DNA of 63,537 nucleotides, the filler included, from Octopus bimaculoides (lineage: Eukaryota), in the NCBI RefSeq assembly GCF_001194135.2. It is 5 parts of 5 records of this genome, joined end to end, with 100 filler letters (N's around TTAATTAATTAA, not from the genome) between each part and the next. Parts side by side here need not be neighbours in the genome. Positions count along the whole stretch, not along the records: positions 61,859 to 63,537 come from NC_068986.1; 4 more parts are not named here. One strand, 5' to 3'. The position numbers and the translations under genes were made by a program. Position 1 is the first letter of the stretch. Each line of letters opens with the position of its first letter. Of this stretch, positions 61,859 to 63,537 are shown piece after piece. The notes under the pieces were generated by a model. It made no database searches. It was given only the letters and a program-made list of their open reading frames with translations, and was not told where the DNA came from.

Positions 61859-62654
61859 CAGGGATTGGACAAAATAATGGAAACACCTTAATATTTCAAA
61901 CAAGTATAATTCTATATGGGGTAGGACCGCCTTTGGCGGTAATTACAGCTTGAATTCTACGAGGTATGGATTCGTACAAAGTTTGAATTATTTCCAAAGG
62001 AATTTTTGTCTATTCTTCAGCTAAAACAGTCTCCAGTTTTTGTAGTGATGATGGTGGAGGATATCAACCGCTTACTTGTTTTTCTAAAATGCACCATAAA
62101 TATTCAATAATATTGAGATCAGGAGACTGTGGTGGCCAGATAAGATGTTTAACTTCACTAGAATGGTCCTCACGCCATGCAGTAACAAATTTAGCCGTGT
62201 GAATTGGTGCATTATCAACCTGAAAGATTGCCTTTCCCTCCGGAAACAGTTCCGCGACCATAGGATGAATTTGATCAGATAAAATGCTTAAATAGTCTTT
62301 ATCTATTAATTCTGCCATGAACAATTCTGTAGGTTTTTTTGCAACGTTTGTTTTTGAAAGTAGTGGTTTTCTGATTGCAGCCCTCCCATGAAATCCGGCT
62401 TTGTGCAGCTCCCTGCAAAGAGTTTCTGTGGAAACTGGGTTCTCGAGGTGGTCATTAAGCTCTGCAGAAATTTTGGTAGCTGTAATTTTGTGATCCTTTC
62501 TAACAATTTGTGTAAGAGTCCGACGGTCCCTATCTGAATGTTTTGGTTTTCTTCCGGAGTTTTGTTTCGACGAGGTTTTTCCCTCTTTCTCAAAGGCTGT
62601 CATTACTTTTGAGACAGTACTTCTTGATACATCAAACATTTCGGCTGTTTTCAT
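61859..62654 (-). mobile_element. Tc1 element with terminal inverted repeat and internally deleted transposase
   Basis: TIR-like CAGGGATTGGACAAAATAATGGAAACACCT at 61859; ORF 62064-62654 has the HTH, GRKPK, FQVDNAPIH and WPPQSPDLNIIEYLW motifs but lacks the WxxVxxSDE segment. Confidence 0.9.
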
Positions 62655-63503
62655 TTAATAATATTTCTAAATGATTAAAATATTCTTGTTTAACTAAAGC
62701 GAAAATAGAAATATTTACGGTAAAAAACAAAACAAAAAAAAAGCAAAGAACAAATCGTATGTTTTCGTTGTGAAATCACTGTTTAATCGGAAGGTTAGAG
62801 TTTCTTCCCTTTCAGGATGAAGTTATATTCGGAACATTTTCCCATTATGCACCGTTTGGGATATTTGTACCCCCAAACCTCGAATATCTCAATAACTACT
62901 GCTCCAATTTACGCGAAACTTGATTCATTCCACTCGTAATAACATTTCAGGGTGATTTAATTCATAATATTTTCCAATTATGCGCCAGTTTGGCTGAGTG
63001 ACATTGCAAGCAAGTAACTGATTTTTAATGCATTATATATATATTTATATAATATTAGAGGAAAAACCAAAACCGAGGCAGAACGAGTATCTCAATTCAT
63101 TTAGAATAAGGTGAATTTGAAGTCTTACAACCGTTTCTGGGATAACCCAAGTGGTAGGTTAGCATGACCACGCACAGTTTACAAGGAGTGGAATATGTTC
63201 ACAGTTTATAAAGAATGAAATAGAAGAAGAAAGGAGTAAATAGTAGAATAAAGAGTAAAGATAGAATACAGGCGGGAGAACAATGTTCACAACACATCTT
63301 TCCCCAGAGGATATGGATGTTAGTTGGTACTTCCATGAAGGTCCTTAGTTAAAATTCCGGGTAAATCCAGGCGGATCACAAGTGAAATAAACCCCTCATA
63401 TTCTATATATATATATATATATATGTATATACACACACATACACACACATATATATAAATATATAAATACACACACACACACGCATATATATACATATAT
63501 ATG

Positions 63504-63536
<33 letters not shown>

Positions 63537-63537
63537 G

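Overview
AT-rich, microsatellite-saturated, gap-ridden animal genomic scaffold, most likely from an Octopus species (inferred from the tRNA-derived SINE families, the microsatellite load and the transposon repertoire; not verified by search). I can support one host coding exon: a 171-nt phase-1/phase-1 exon (37977-38147, +) encoding the N-terminal half of a CUB domain most like CUB1 of invertebrate Neto (neuropilin and tolloid-like). Most of the window is therefore probably intron. The rest is mobile DNA: four or more SINE families with swapped head/core/tail modules, three Tc1 fragments, a decayed Tigger/pogo transposase, the 5' end of a Gypsy-type LTR element (LTR, PBS, gag), a Neptune-type Penelope-like element, a C2H2-finger LINE 3' end, an ORF1-only L1/Tx1-like element, fold-back elements and a tRNA-Ile pseudogene. 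The most unusual observations are (1) a ~265-bp palindrome made of two head-to-head degenerate hammerhead ribozymes (51344-51608), (2) a gag-like ORF1 with no ORF2 whose stop codon runs into four covarying stem-loops (60803-61758), (3) three evenly spaced GGAAGCA-N10/11-TGCTTCC palindromes in the intron (41594-42034), and (4) a two-monomer coded minisatellite (13614-14011). There is no CRISPR array or prokaryotic system. Most long six-frame ORFs are artefacts of microsatellites and N-gaps.
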